Assembly (NCBI GenBank): GCA_050014195.1 | Contig: JBEKDT010000011.1 | Coordinates: 1 to 64,000 of the forward strand | Direction of reading: 5' to 3' | DNA: 64,000 nucleotides | Origin: Desulfomonilia bacterium | GTDB taxonomy: Bacteria; Desulfobacterota; Desulfomonilia; UBA1062 | Shown here: positions 18,048-29,066 of the stretch, in pieces | How the letters are laid out: every line of letters starts with the position of its first letter | Numbering within the stretch: the first letter of the stretch is position 1 | The notes under the pieces: model-generated | Told to the model about the DNA's origin: nothing | Seen by the model: only the letters and a program-made list of their open reading frames with translations | The model's database searches: none | Position numbers and translations under genes: made by a program

Positions 18048-21000
18048 GTGAATTTTGCCAACACAACGATTCGCAAGTCCCTGCTTTCTATGAGGTCACT
18101 CCTCAAAGAAAATTTCGCAAAAAAGCACCCTCTTGACGAGCCACCGCTACGGGCGGAACTGCTCAGCCGTGACCAGATGAGGCAGCATGGAAGGGCGCTG
18201 GCGGACTCGCATAAGGTGACTGAGAAACGCGCTCCGGAACAGCTTCTGGCGAGATTGACCGAAAATGAAGGCGTCCTGGTTGAAACCTGCAACCTGCTGA
18301 CTTCAGCTGTAAAGGCAAATCGCCGGATTGCGCCGGCCGGGGAATGGCTGCTTGATAATTTCCACCTGATAAAAGAACAGATTCGCACAGCCAAAAAGCA
18401 CTTGCCTAAGGGTTACAGCCGGGAATTGCCGCGCTTATTGAGCGGCCCATCGGCCGGGCTTCCGCGCGTGTATGACATCGCCCTGGAGACGATCTCACAC
18501 GGCGATGGCCGGGTGGATCAGGGAAGCTTAAGCAGTTTCATTGCAGCCTATCAGCAGGTCACAGCGCTGAAGTTGGGCGAATTGTGGGCAATACCCATCA
18601 TGCTGCGCCTGGCACTGATCGAGAATCTCCGGCGCGTTGGGTCTCGGGTCGCAGCTGACAGGCTCGATCGGAACCTGGCCGACTCATGGGCGGACCAGAT
18701 GACGGCAATTGCCGCGAAGGACCCGAAAAGCCTGATCATGGTGATCGCGGACATGGCGCGTTCAAACCCGCCCCTGTCGAGCTCATTTGTTGCAGAACTT
18801 ACGCGCCGTCTGCAGGGACAGGGCCATGCTCTGGCGTTGCCGCTCACCTGGATCGAGCAGTGGCTCTTTGAGCCCGGTCTGACCATTGAGCAGCTGGTTC
18901 AGTCTGAGACCCAGCAACAGGCTGCCGACCAGGTCTCCATCAGCAACAGTATCGGCAGTCTCCGACTCCTAGGGGCGATTGACTGGCAGGAGTTCGTCGA
19001 GACGAGGAGCTTTGTCGAGCAGATACTGCGTGAGGATCCTTCCGGTGTCTATCCCAAGATGGATTTTGCCACCCGTGATCGATACCGTCACGTGGTTGAG
19101 AAGATAGCGAAGAACAGCCTGAATTCCGAAGAAGAGGTTGCAAAGCGTGCGATCCGGCTGGCACACGAAGGTGCTGGCAGCCACGGCGGCGACGATCGAT
19201 CGGCACATGTCGGGTTCTACCTGATCGACAAGGGTTTGCCGCAGCTCGAACGAATGGCTGAGATGCGCATATCCACGGCTGAGACGTTTCGAAGAACGAG
19301 CAGCCAATTCCCTTTGCTCCTCTATATAGGCGCGATCACGCTGATGACCGCGATCTTTACCGGGAGCCTTCTGGCAAAGGCTCATGCCGATGGGTTGCAT
19401 GGCTGGATTCTCATGCTGATCGGTATCCTGTTGGTTCTGTGCACCAGTCATCTGGCGGGGGCACTGGTGAACTGGCTTGCTACGTTGCTGGTGACGCCAC
19501 ATAGGCTACCTCGCATGGACTTCTCCGAAGGAATTCCGGTGGAATCACACACCCTGGTGGTGATCCCGACCATGCTTACGAGCGCCCAAAACATTGAGAA
19601 TCTGGTCGAAGCGCTCGAAGTCAGGTTCCTGGCAAATCGTGACGATAACCTGCACTTCGGCCTGCTGACGGACTTCACCGACGCCCGCGAAGAAACAATT
19701 CCCCAGGACGAGCCTCTGTTACAACTTGCCCGGAAGAGTATCGAAGAGTTGAATGGAAAGTATCGGGGTGCTCACGGCGATATGTTCTTCCTTTTCCATC
19801 GGCCGCGCCTCTGGAACCCGCAGGAGCGGATCTGGATGGGTTACGAGCGTAAGCGAGGGAAGCTTGCGGATTTGAATTCGCTTCTCCGCGGTGGTTCAAA
19901 GGATCACTTCTCGCTTCTGGTCGGGAAGACGGCTTTGTTATTGGACGTTAAGTACGTGATTACCCTGGACACGGACACAGGGCTCCCACGCGACTCGGCA
20001 CGGCAGTTTGTGGCAGCCATGGCTCATCCGCTGAACAGAGCGCTCTATGACAAAAAAATGCAGCGGGTCAGCGTTGGGTATGGCATCCTGCAGCCGCGCG
20101 TGGCCGTGAGCCTGCCGGGCACGAACCGATCGTGGTATGCCAGGTTGTATGGAAGTGATCCGGGCATTGATCCATATACCCGCGTCGTATCCGATATTTA
20201 TCAGGATGTATTCGGTGAAGGTTCGTTCATCGGCAAGGGAATCTATGATGTCGATGCGTTTGAGCTGGCCCTTCATGGGCGCTTTCCCGAGAACAAAATC
20301 CTCAGCCACGACCTTGTGGAAGGGTGCTATGTTCGCTCCGGGCTGCTCTCTGATGTACTGCTCTATGAGGAATATCCATCTCGCTACAGCGTGGACGTGA
20401 ATCGCCGGTATCGGTGGATCCGTGGCGATTGGCAGATTGCGCGCTGGCTGTTGTCCCGTGTTCCGGTTCAAGACGGGCATCGTGAGAAGAATCCGCTATC
20501 GGGGCTGTCCCAATGGAAGATCTTTGACAACCTGCGTCGCAGTCTCGTGCCTTTGGCATTGACCCTGCTGTTGCTGCTTTCCTGGACCGTCTTGTCACCC
20601 GCCTGGCTCTGGACAGTCTCGGTGATCGGGATCCTCCTGGTTCAGCCCGTGGTTGCATCGGTTCTTGGAATGTTCCGGAAGCCGCAAGATGTGCTGCTGG
20701 GCCAGCACCTTTCGGCCTCAGTACGCTCGGCCGGCGGGAACTTCGCCCAGGCGATATTCACGCTGACCTGCCTTCCCTATGAGGCATTCTTCAGTCTGGA
20801 TGCGATTATACGAACCACATGGCGGTTGCTGATCACCCGCAAACGACTGCTCGAATGGAATTCTTCGGGCAACCCGGATAGCCGCACAGACCTTATCGGC
20901 TCGTGCCGGACCATGTGGTTCGCCCCTTGCATTGCCTTTGCCGCAATTATCCAGCTCTCTCTTTCGTATCCGGTTTCATTGGTTTATGCTTGGCCCATAC

Positions 21001-24000
21001 TGGGCCTCTGGTTTGCCTCGCCGGCTGTCGCGTGGTGGATCAGCCGGCCGTTCGCTCGCCCGGAAGCACAGCTGAGCGCTGATCAGACCATCTTTCTGAG
21101 GAAGATCTCCCGAAAGACCTGGGCGTTTTTCGAAACATTCGTCGGCCCGGAGGATAATTGGCTGCCGCCTGACAGTTATCAGGAGAATCACCCTGCTCCG
21201 GTTGCACATCGCACATCGCCGACCAACATGGGCCTTTCACTTCTTGCGAACATTACTGCATACGACTTCGGCTATATCCCCGTCAGACAAGTCCTCGACC
21301 GCACAGCGAACGCAATCCGGACGATGGGAGCCTTGGAACGCTACCTTGGCCACTTCTACAACTGGTATGACACGCAGTCCTTGAAGCCGCTGATGCCTCT
21401 GTACATCTCGTCGGTGGACAGCGGGAACCTCGCCGCTCACCTGCTGACATTGCGCTCAGGTCTGCTCGCACTTCCCGGTCACAAAATAGTGAGCCCGCGG
21501 TTGTTTGAGGGGTTAAGCGACATACTCGGGGTCTTCATGGAGGCTGCAGGGCCAGACGCTTCAGCCACGCTCATAGGGTTCCAGAATGATCTGGCCTCCG
21601 CAACCCTCTCCCGGCCGACTACGCTTCAAACGGTACGGCTCTGCATCGAGAGGCTGACGACGTCCGCCGAGGATCTGGTCCGCCACCTCTCTGCCGGCCC
21701 TGCGAACGAAGCGAAGTGGTGGGGGAAAGCCATGGCCCGGCAATGCCGCAGCGCGTTGGAAGAGCTGACGTTTCTCGCCCCATGGACAACGCTTCCTGCC
21801 CCTCCCGAGCGGCTCAGTAATTTCAAGGTCATCGGAGAAATCCCAACGCTCTCCCAACTGGCAAGGCTCAATAAACAGCTACTGCCGGCAATCAGCCCTC
21901 CGCAAATGGCATCCGCAACGCCAGAGGAAACCCTTTGGCTTGATAAGTATCGGGATCTCATCAGTGAAGCAAGCCGGCGCGCCCATGAGAGAATAGCGGC
22001 GATCGACACCCTTGCCCGGCAATTAAACGAACTGGCACACATGGAGTATGGCTTCCTGTACGACAAGGCGCGTCATTTGCTCTCGATCGGGTACAACATC
22101 GGGGAGGACCGGCGGGATTCGAGTTTCTACGACCTGCTGGCTTCGGAGGCGCGATTGTCATGTTTCGTGGCGATTGCTCAGGGACAATTGCCTCAGGAAT
22201 CCTGGTTCGCCCTGGGACGCCTTCTCACAAATGTTGGTGGAGATCCGGTTCTTCTCTCTTGGGATGGCTCGATGTTCGAGTACCTCATGCCGCTGCTGGT
22301 AATGCCGACATACGAAAACACCCTGCTCGACCGGACCTACAAGGCAGCTGTAGAGAGACAGATCAAGTATGGGATGCACCGCGGGGTCCCGTGGGGTATT
22401 TCGGAATCCGGATACAACATGGTCGACGTTCATCTTAACTACCAGTACCGCGCATTCGGCATACCCAGCCTGGGGCTCAAACGTGGATTGGCCGAGGATC
22501 TTGTCATTGCACCGTATGCCTCGGCGCTGGCGCTGATGGTGGCGCCTGAGGCGGCGTGCCTGAATCTGCAGCGACTCGCCCAGCAGGGGTTTGCGGGAAG
22601 ATTCGGCCTTTTTGAAGCAATCGACTACACGCCTTCACGTCAGACGCGTGGGCAATCAAGCGCCGTGGTCCGGTCATTCATGGCACATCACCAGGGCATG
22701 AGCCTCCTGGCCCTGGCCTATATCCTCCTGGACCGTCCGATGCAGCAACGATTCGAGTCTGATCCGCTTTTCCGCTCGACAACACTTCTGCTTCAGGAGC
22801 GTGTTCCCAAGGACATGGCGTTCTATTCGCACACCACAGAGCTCTTAGATTTACGCACAACTCCCGTTGGCCTGGAGACTCCGGTACGTGTCTTGAGCAG
22901 CCCGGACACACTCTTTCCTGAAGTTCAGCTATTATCGAACCGCAGCTACCACGTTATGGTCACGAATTCGGGAGGCGGCTACAGCCGCTGGAAAGACATC
23001 GCCGTTACTAGGTGGCGCGAAGACACTACCAGCGATAACTGGGGAACATTCTGTTACTTCCGCGATGTGGAAAGCTCTGAGTTCTGGTCAAATACCTTTC
23101 AGCCGACGCTGAAACAACCTAAGCTCTATGAGGTGATTTTTTCAGAGGGTCGTGCAGAGTTCCGCCGCCGCGACAGTGATATCGACATGCATACCGACAT
23201 TGCTGTCTCTCCGGAGGATGATATCGAGTTGCGCCGAATCCGCATCACCAACCGTTCTCGCCGGCACAGAGAGATCGAGGTGACAAGTTACGCGGAAGTC
23301 GTTCTCGCATCGCCTGCCAGTGATGCGTTGCATCCGGCGTTCAGCAACCTCTTTGTCCAGACCGAGATCCTCCACCAACACCGGGCGATCCTCTGTACAC
23401 GCCGGCCCCGTTCCAAGGGTGAGCCCGTGCCATGGATGTTTCACCTCATGGCCGTGCACGGGGCGCCCACCGGAGAAGTTTCCTATGAGACCGACCGCAT
23501 GCGGTTCACCGGCCGCGGGAATACCCTTGTCTTTCCTCAAGCATTGAGGGGCTCCGCTGCGCTCTCGGGCAGCGATGGCTCTGTGCTCGATCCGATTGTC
23601 GCGATCCGGCACCGGATCATGCTCGATCCCGGAAAATCGGCGACGATCGATATGGTCTTGGGTGTCGGTGAAACAAGGGATACAGCGATGAGCCTTGTGG
23701 AAAAATACCAGGACCGGCGTCTCGCGGATCGCGTTTTCGATCTGGCGTGGACACACTCTCAGGTGATCCTGCAACAGCTCAATATCACGGAGGCCGATGC
23801 ACAACTCTATGGACGCCTTGCCGGCTCCGTAATCTATGCCAATTCTTCGCTGCGCGCCGACGCGAGCCTCCTCATCAAGAACAATCGCGGGCAATCCGGC
23901 CTCTGGGGCTACGCCATTTCGGGTGATTTGCCCATTGTGCTGCTACAGATCAAAGATCCATCAAATATTGAACTGGTGCGCCAACTCGTTCAGGCCCACG

Positions 24001-26762
24001 CATACTGGCGTTTAAAGGGACTGACCGTGGACCTGGTGATCTGGAATGAAGATCACGCCGGTTACCGGCAACTTCTGCACGACGAGATCATGGGGCTCAT
24101 TGCCGCAGGCATTGAAGTCAATGTGACTGATCGGCCGGGAGGCATCTTTGTAAGGATCGCTGAGCAGATATCAACTGAAGACCGCATTCTCTTCCAAACG
24201 GTCGCTCGCGCCATCATCACCGACAGCCGGGGGACCCTTGTGGAACAGCTCTACCGGCGAGGCGCCCTCGAAGCAGCCTTGCCGCATCTTAATCCGACCC
24301 GAACACATCGCCCCGAACCAAAGGCAGTAGGGGCGTTGCCTCGCCATGATCTGAACTTTTTCAACGGGATCGGAGGATTCACACCTGACGGGAAGGAGTA
24401 CGTAATAACGACAGCGCAAGATCAGGTGACACCGGCTCCGTGGGTGAATGTGCTGGCGAATCCGAACTTTGGGACCATCATCTCAGAGAGCGGGCTTGCT
24501 TACACTTGGGGCGAGAATGCCCACGAGTTCCGCCTCACTCCGTGGAACAACGATCCCGTGGGCGATTCAAGCGGAGAAGCGTTTTACCTTCGTGATGAAG
24601 AGCGCGGCCACTTCTGGTCGCCCATGCCGCTGCCCAGCCAAGGGGCCATGCCTTATGTCACCCGGCACGGGTTCGGCTACAGCGTCTTCGAGCATACGGA
24701 GCGCGGCATCCGCTCAGAGGTGTGGGTCTACGTGGCACTGGACGCACCGGTCAAGTTCACCGTACTCAAAGTGCGAAACGAGTCGGGTCGAAGCCGCCGG
24801 CTTTCTGTGACGGGTTACGTTGAGTGGGTGCTCGGAGACCTGCGGCCGAAATCGGCCATGCATGTGATTACTGAGATCGACCCGACCAGCGGCGCCCTGT
24901 TTGCGCGGAACTCTTACAGCACTGAGTTCTCCAGCCGTCACGCCTTCTTTGATGTGGATGATGTGACCCGGACCGTAAGCGGCGATCGAGCGGAGTTCAT
25001 CGGGCGGAACGGCACGCTCAAAAATCCGGCAGCCCTAAGGCGGACGAGGCTTTCCAACAAAGTAGGGCCTGCCCTCGATCCCTGCGCCGCCATCCAGGTT
25101 CCCTTCGAGCTTGCAGACGGCCAGGAGCGTGAGATCATCTTCAGGCTCGGCACAGGGCGAGATACCGATGACGCTGTTAACCTGGTTCATCGCTTCCGGG
25201 GTTCTTTAGCGGCACGCAGCGAGCTTGAAACCCTCTGGCAGTACTGGAACCACATACACGGGGCAATACAGGTGGAAACACCTGACATGGCGGTGAACAT
25301 CATGGCCAACGGCTGGCTTTTATACCAGACGCTTGCCTGCCGCCTCTGGGCACGGAGCGGCTATTACCAGTCCGGCGGCGCTTTCGGTTTCCGCGACCAG
25401 TTACAGGACGTGATGGCACTCATCCATACCCAGCCGCACCTCGTGCGCGAGCACCTCCTCCTTTGCGCGTCCCGCCAGTTCAAGGAGGGGGATGTTCAAC
25501 ATTGGTGGCATCCTCCGTTCGGCCGGGGTGTGCGCACACATTGTTCGGACGATTTTCTCTGGCTCGTTATGGCTACCTGCCGTTACGTTCTGAGCACCGG
25601 TGATACCGGTGTGCTGGATGAACCCATCGACTTCATAGAAGGCCGTCCGGTTAACACGGACGAGGACTCCTATTACGATCTGCCGTCACACTCCGAGGTC
25701 ACCCTCGGTCTGTACGGACACTGTGTCCGGGCCATAATCAAAGGCCTCAGTTTTGGTGAGCATGGTCTTCCGCTCATGGGTTCCGGTGACTGGAATGACG
25801 GTATGAATCTTGTGGGCGAACACGGCAAAGGTGAAAGTGTCTGGCTGGCCTTTTTCCTCTATGATGTGCTTATGCAGTTCAGTGAGGTTGCCCGGAGGAC
25901 TCTCGACCTGTCCTTTGCCGAACGCTGCCTTAATGAGGCAGAGGCGCTACGTGAAAACATCGAGCAGAACGGCTGGGACGGCGAGTGGTATCGCCGCGCA
26001 TACTTCGACGACGGGACACCGCTGGGATCGGCGAGCAACCCCGAATGCTCTATCGATTCCATTGCACAAAGCTGGTCCGTTCTTTCCAGGGCGGGAGATG
26101 CAAAGCGCTCTCGCCAGGCAATGGAAGCTCTTGATAAGCAGCTCGTTGACAGGGAGCATTCACTAATCCGGCTCCTGTACCCGCCGCTGGACAAGTCGGA
26201 GTTGAACCCTGGCTACATAAAAGGATACGTCCCGGGTGTGAGAGAGAATGGCGGGCAATACACTCATGGGGCAATCTGGGCGACCATGGCATTCGCCGCA
26301 TTAGGTGATCACCCCCGCGCTTGGGAACTGCTTGCCATGATCAATCCGATAAATCATGCCAGGTCCGCCGAGGAGGTCAGCACTTATAAAGTCGAACCGT
26401 ATGTTGTCGCTGCCGATGTCTATGCGCTTTCCCCGCATACCGGCCGCGGTGGCTGGACGTGGTACACGGGCTCGGCTGCCTGGATGTACCGGCTGATCGT
26501 GGAATCGCTCCTGGGCCTCAAACTTGACGTGGACAAACTGCGCTTTGCCCCGTGCCTCCCCGTGAAGGGTTGGGAGACATTGACGGTCCATTACCGGTAT
26601 CGGGAGACGGTCTATCACATCACCATCCGGCAAACACACGATATACTCAGCGATATGTGTGTTGAAGTAGATGGAATCGATCAACAGGACAAGGCGATCC
26701 CCCTTGTCGACGACCACCAGGAACACAAGGTCGAGGTGAGAATATCCGCTGCCCTCACCTGA
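18048..26762 (+). CDS. Cyclic beta-1,2-glucan synthase (Cgs/NdvB type: GT domain, glucoamylase-like domain, GH94 phosphorylase)
   Basis: EWLLDNF, WMGYERKRGKL, TLDTDT, LSHDL, RWIRGDWQ, YDLLASEARL, QSGGAFGFRDQLQD, GDWNDGMN, ENGGQYTH; probable GTG start after AAGGAG (ORF open from 17985). Confidence 0.93.
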   Translation: MNFANTTIRKSLLSMRSLLKENFAKKHPLDEPPLRAELLSRDQMRQHGRALADSHKVTEKRAPEQLLARLTENEGVLVETCNLLTSAVKANRRIAPAGEWLLDNFHLIKEQIRTAKKHLPKGYSRELPRLLSGPSAGLPRVYDIALETISHGDGRVDQGSLSSFIAAYQQVTALKLGELWAIPIMLRLALIENLRRVGSRVAADRLDRNLADSWADQMTAIAAKDPKSLIMVIADMARSNPPLSSSFVAELTRRLQGQGHALALPLTWIEQWLFEPGLTIEQLVQSETQQQAADQVSISNSIGSLRLLGAIDWQEFVETRSFVEQILREDPSGVYPKMDFATRDRYRHVVEKIAKNSLNSEEEVAKRAIRLAHEGAGSHGGDDRSAHVGFYLIDKGLPQLERMAEMRISTAETFRRTSSQFPLLLYIGAITLMTAIFTGSLLAKAHADGLHGWILMLIGILLVLCTSHLAGALVNWLATLLVTPHRLPRMDFSEGIPVESHTLVVIPTMLTSAQNIENLVEALEVRFLANRDDNLHFGLLTDFTDAREETIPQDEPLLQLARKSIEELNGKYRGAHGDMFFLFHRPRLWNPQERIWMGYERKRGKLADLNSLLRGGSKDHFSLLVGKTALLLDVKYVITLDTDTGLPRDSARQFVAAMAHPLNRALYDKKMQRVSVGYGILQPRVAVSLPGTNRSWYARLYGSDPGIDPYTRVVSDIYQDVFGEGSFIGKGIYDVDAFELALHGRFPENKILSHDLVEGCYVRSGLLSDVLLYEEYPSRYSVDVNRRYRWIRGDWQIARWLLSRVPVQDGHREKNPLSGLSQWKIFDNLRRSLVPLALTLLLLLSWTVLSPAWLWTVSVIGILLVQPVVASVLGMFRKPQDVLLGQHLSASVRSAGGNFAQAIFTLTCLPYEAFFSLDAIIRTTWRLLITRKRLLEWNSSGNPDSRTDLIGSCRTMWFAPCIAFAAIIQLSLSYPVSLVYAWPILGLWFASPAVAWWISRPFARPEAQLSADQTIFLRKISRKTWAFFETFVGPEDNWLPPDSYQENHPAPVAHRTSPTNMGLSLLANITAYDFGYIPVRQVLDRTANAIRTMGALERYLGHFYNWYDTQSLKPLMPLYISSVDSGNLAAHLLTLRSGLLALPGHKIVSPRLFEGLSDILGVFMEAAGPDASATLIGFQNDLASATLSRPTTLQTVRLCIERLTTSAEDLVRHLSAGPANEAKWWGKAMARQCRSALEELTFLAPWTTLPAPPERLSNFKVIGEIPTLSQLARLNKQLLPAISPPQMASATPEETLWLDKYRDLISEASRRAHERIAAIDTLARQLNELAHMEYGFLYDKARHLLSIGYNIGEDRRDSSFYDLLASEARLSCFVAIAQGQLPQESWFALGRLLTNVGGDPVLLSWDGSMFEYLMPLLVMPTYENTLLDRTYKAAVERQIKYGMHRGVPWGISESGYNMVDVHLNYQYRAFGIPSLGLKRGLAEDLVIAPYASALALMVAPEAACLNLQRLAQQGFAGRFGLFEAIDYTPSRQTRGQSSAVVRSFMAHHQGMSLLALAYILLDRPMQQRFESDPLFRSTTLLLQERVPKDMAFYSHTTELLDLRTTPVGLETPVRVLSSPDTLFPEVQLLSNRSYHVMVTNSGGGYSRWKDIAVTRWREDTTSDNWGTFCYFRDVESSEFWSNTFQPTLKQPKLYEVIFSEGRAEFRRRDSDIDMHTDIAVSPEDDIELRRIRITNRSRRHREIEVTSYAEVVLASPASDALHPAFSNLFVQTEILHQHRAILCTRRPRSKGEPVPWMFHLMAVHGAPTGEVSYETDRMRFTGRGNTLVFPQALRGSAALSGSDGSVLDPIVAIRHRIMLDPGKSATIDMVLGVGETRDTAMSLVEKYQDRRLADRVFDLAWTHSQVILQQLNITEADAQLYGRLAGSVIYANSSLRADASLLIKNNRGQSGLWGYAISGDLPIVLLQIKDPSNIELVRQLVQAHAYWRLKGLTVDLVIWNEDHAGYRQLLHDEIMGLIAAGIEVNVTDRPGGIFVRIAEQISTEDRILFQTVARAIITDSRGTLVEQLYRRGALEAALPHLNPTRTHRPEPKAVGALPRHDLNFFNGIGGFTPDGKEYVITTAQDQVTPAPWVNVLANPNFGTIISESGLAYTWGENAHEFRLTPWNNDPVGDSSGEAFYLRDEERGHFWSPMPLPSQGAMPYVTRHGFGYSVFEHTERGIRSEVWVYVALDAPVKFTVLKVRNESGRSRRLSVTGYVEWVLGDLRPKSAMHVITEIDPTSGALFARNSYSTEFSSRHAFFDVDDVTRTVSGDRAEFIGRNGTLKNPAALRRTRLSNKVGPALDPCAAIQVPFELADGQEREIIFRLGTGRDTDDAVNLVHRFRGSLAARSELETLWQYWNHIHGAIQVETPDMAVNIMANGWLLYQTLACRLWARSGYYQSGGAFGFRDQLQDVMALIHTQPHLVREHLLLCASRQFKEGDVQHWWHPPFGRGVRTHCSDDFLWLVMATCRYVLSTGDTGVLDEPIDFIEGRPVNTDEDSYYDLPSHSEVTLGLYGHCVRAIIKGLSFGEHGLPLMGSGDWNDGMNLVGEHGKGESVWLAFFLYDVLMQFSEVARRTLDLSFAERCLNEAEALRENIEQNGWDGEWYRRAYFDDGTPLGSASNPECSIDSIAQSWSVLSRAGDAKRSRQAMEALDKQLVDREHSLIRLLYPPLDKSELNPGYIKGYVPGVRENGGQYTHGAIWATMAFAALGDHPRAWELLAMINPINHARSAEEVSTYKVEPYVVAADVYALSPHTGRGGWTWYTGSAAWMYRLIVESLLGLKLDVDKLRFAPCLPVKGWETLTVHYRYRETVYHITIRQTHDILSDMCVEVDGIDQQDKAIPLVDDHQEHKVEVRISAALT

Positions 26763-26954
26763 GAGTCCTTTCCCTCACTTAAGAAATTGATTTCATCAAC
26801 TCTCTTCTGATTCATTGAAGTTACTTGAAGGGATTACAATCTTTACAGCCCGAATGATCTGTTCCCAAGGGCAACAACCTTCCGGATCAGGAAAAATGAG
26901 CTGAATTATTCTTTGTAAAAAAATGTATCCTCAACTCCTTGCGGATCTCTCGGA

Positions 26955-26983
26955 TTGACACCCGGTATCCTTACACGTAAAAT
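26955..26983 (+). promoter_or_regulatory. Sigma70-type promoter
   Basis: TTGACA-N17-TAAAAT. Confidence 0.6.
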
Positions 26984-27056
26984 TTCTTATCATTATGAAA
27001 GAACTCTTTCCACATCCTTTTAAACAATGGTAATGCAATGGAAATTAAGGAGACGC

Positions 27057-27728
27057 ATGGCGATTAAATCCAAGGATATTATCACATCAGAGGTATTCCT
27101 TTCTTTCCTCTATCGTTTTATCCGCACGTACAGCTCTACGTTTCATTATACCATCAACAATGAGAAAGAATGTACGGATTACCTGAAACAGGGCGGAAAG
27201 GTGCTTCTCAGCGTTTGGCACCAGCAGTTTTTTATACTAATACGATATTGTAAGATCTTTGAAGAATACCACCCGCCACTTATGATCTCCAAGAGTATGG
27301 ATGGGACGATCATAGCCGGTGTAGCGAGGCGGACCGGATGGATCCCTGTGCTTGGATCTTCTTCCCGGGGCGGGGCCGAGGCCTTGAAGGCAATGATCGA
27401 GGCCTGCAAGAAAACAAGCCTCTCAGCCCATATTGTAGACGGTCCACGCGGACCTGCCGGGAAAATAAAGGCAGGGATAATCCGCCTTGCCCATGCCTCT
27501 GATGCAGCCATTCTCCCCCTTTATTCCTCGTCAGAGAATGCCTGGTACTTCAACAGCTGGGACAATTTCATTTTTCCCAAACCATTCGCCCGGGTCAACA
27601 TTACTTACGGCAATTTGATAAAATTCAATCCAACAACTGATCCGGTCGAATTCGAGGCCCAGAGGCAGCAACTCGAACAGATCATGACACCTGGATTGAA
27701 GGGGAAACTGGCAATTCAACCAGTTTGA
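27057..27728 (+). CDS. DUF374 / lysophospholipid acyltransferase family
   Basis: VWH, MISKSMDG, GSSSRGG, VDGPRGP, SWD..FPKPF. Confidence 0.88.
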   Translation: MAIKSKDIITSEVFLSFLYRFIRTYSSTFHYTINNEKECTDYLKQGGKVLLSVWHQQFFILIRYCKIFEEYHPPLMISKSMDGTIIAGVARRTGWIPVLGSSSRGGAEALKAMIEACKKTSLSAHIVDGPRGPAGKIKAGIIRLAHASDAAILPLYSSSENAWYFNSWDNFIFPKPFARVNITYGNLIKFNPTTDPVEFEAQRQQLEQIMTPGLKGKLAIQPV

Positions 27729-27739
27729 AATATCACACT

Positions 27740-29002
27740 TTACTGTTTGGCCTGACTCGTATTCAAGGTATTTGCCTTTCTCTGTCGAGCCAGGTCATCC
27801 ATGGCCCTGTAAGCCTCATCGTAGTGGTTACCGGGACTCCACAACAGCCACCCCACCGACCCGGAATCCTCAGCCGCCTTGATTTGTGACTCGATATAGG
27901 CCGGATTGTAGCCGATGGTAATACGCAGGGGAAACGATTGGAGCCAGGGTCTGATGGTTACCCGGTCGCCTACGAGGGCCTTCATCCTGATGATCCCTCT
28001 GCTTACAAAGTAATACGGCTTGTCTGCAGGGTTCTTCTCACCGGAAAAGCCGATGGGGAAGTGAGATGGGTACAACATGGGCGAGATGATGTCGAAATGA
28101 TCCTTGAGCTTACGCACATCCTGTCCTAGGGTCCTGATATCCTCATCTTTCAGCCAGTTCACTATGCCGAACATATCCAGCGACAGGAGCACCCCGTTAG
28201 ATGATGTCAACTCATGAATACGAGCGGCATATTCCGTCAATACGTCGCTCCGCGACTTGCCCTCGATGCCGGTGTTGGCCTTCCCGTCTGTTGGATATCT
28301 GAAATAATCGATCTGGATCTCGTCGACACCGAAACCCATCAATTCGCGAATAATAGCGAGGTTGTATTCCTGCACGGTCTTATTGGCAGGGTTTACCCAA
28401 TCCTTGTCGAACCTCCATTTCTGATTGGCTGATGAGTTGTGAAGATCCTTGAACATGCAAACCCTTGAAACTACATGGATATTCTTCTTGTGAAGGTAGT
28501 CCACCAGCTTGGCTATATCTTTGATGGAGTAGTTATATGAAGAAAGGCCCGTATACTGCTGTTGTACCGCACTCTTATAGGTGGGGAGCCCCTGAACTTC
28601 CTTTGCATCGAACACCATGGTATTGGCTCCATATTTCTTGATTTGCTCAGAAATGCTAAGAACCTGGCGAGAGCCCGCTGTCCACTGGTTAGCATAGAGC
28701 CCCAACGCCTTAAAGGTTTTAGGTCTTTTTACACTCCGGGGTTTGACTGGCTCGGTTCTGACCACCGGGATAGTGAGAACCTGCCCGGGGGATAAGCCTT
28801 TGATGCCAATGTTATTGAGCTTCTTTATCTCATCAACAAATTCACCCTTGGTATATGATTCGGACAAAGGGAAATACTGCGCGGCAATCTTAGCAAGCGT
28901 GTCACCACTCTTTACTGTATAAGTCACATTTGCTTGTGCGCATAAGGGTATGATCATGATACAACAGGTAAAAGCTATCATCCACCGAGCACCCGCCCTC
29001 AT
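27740..29002 (-). CDS. Secreted LysM + putative glycoside hydrolase (DUF4015-like) protein
   Basis: YTVKSGDTLAKIA..GQVLTIP; GVDEIQIDYFRYP, ISPMLYPSHF, RPWLQSF. Confidence 0.82.
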   Translation of the reverse strand: MRAGARWMIAFTCCIMIIPLCAQANVTYTVKSGDTLAKIAAQYFPLSESYTKGEFVDEIKKLNNIGIKGLSPGQVLTIPVVRTEPVKPRSVKRPKTFKALGLYANQWTAGSRQVLSISEQIKKYGANTMVFDAKEVQGLPTYKSAVQQQYTGLSSYNYSIKDIAKLVDYLHKKNIHVVSRVCMFKDLHNSSANQKWRFDKDWVNPANKTVQEYNLAIIRELMGFGVDEIQIDYFRYPTDGKANTGIEGKSRSDVLTEYAARIHELTSSNGVLLSLDMFGIVNWLKDEDIRTLGQDVRKLKDHFDIISPMLYPSHFPIGFSGEKNPADKPYYFVSRGIIRMKALVGDRVTIRPWLQSFPLRITIGYNPAYIESQIKAAEDSGSVGWLLWSPGNHYDEAYRAMDDLARQRKANTLNTSQAKQ

Positions 29003-29066
29003 CAATACCTCCTAAATCAGTCTGGTCTTTACCCGTTCGTTGAATCATTATCATAGACCAGTGCCC

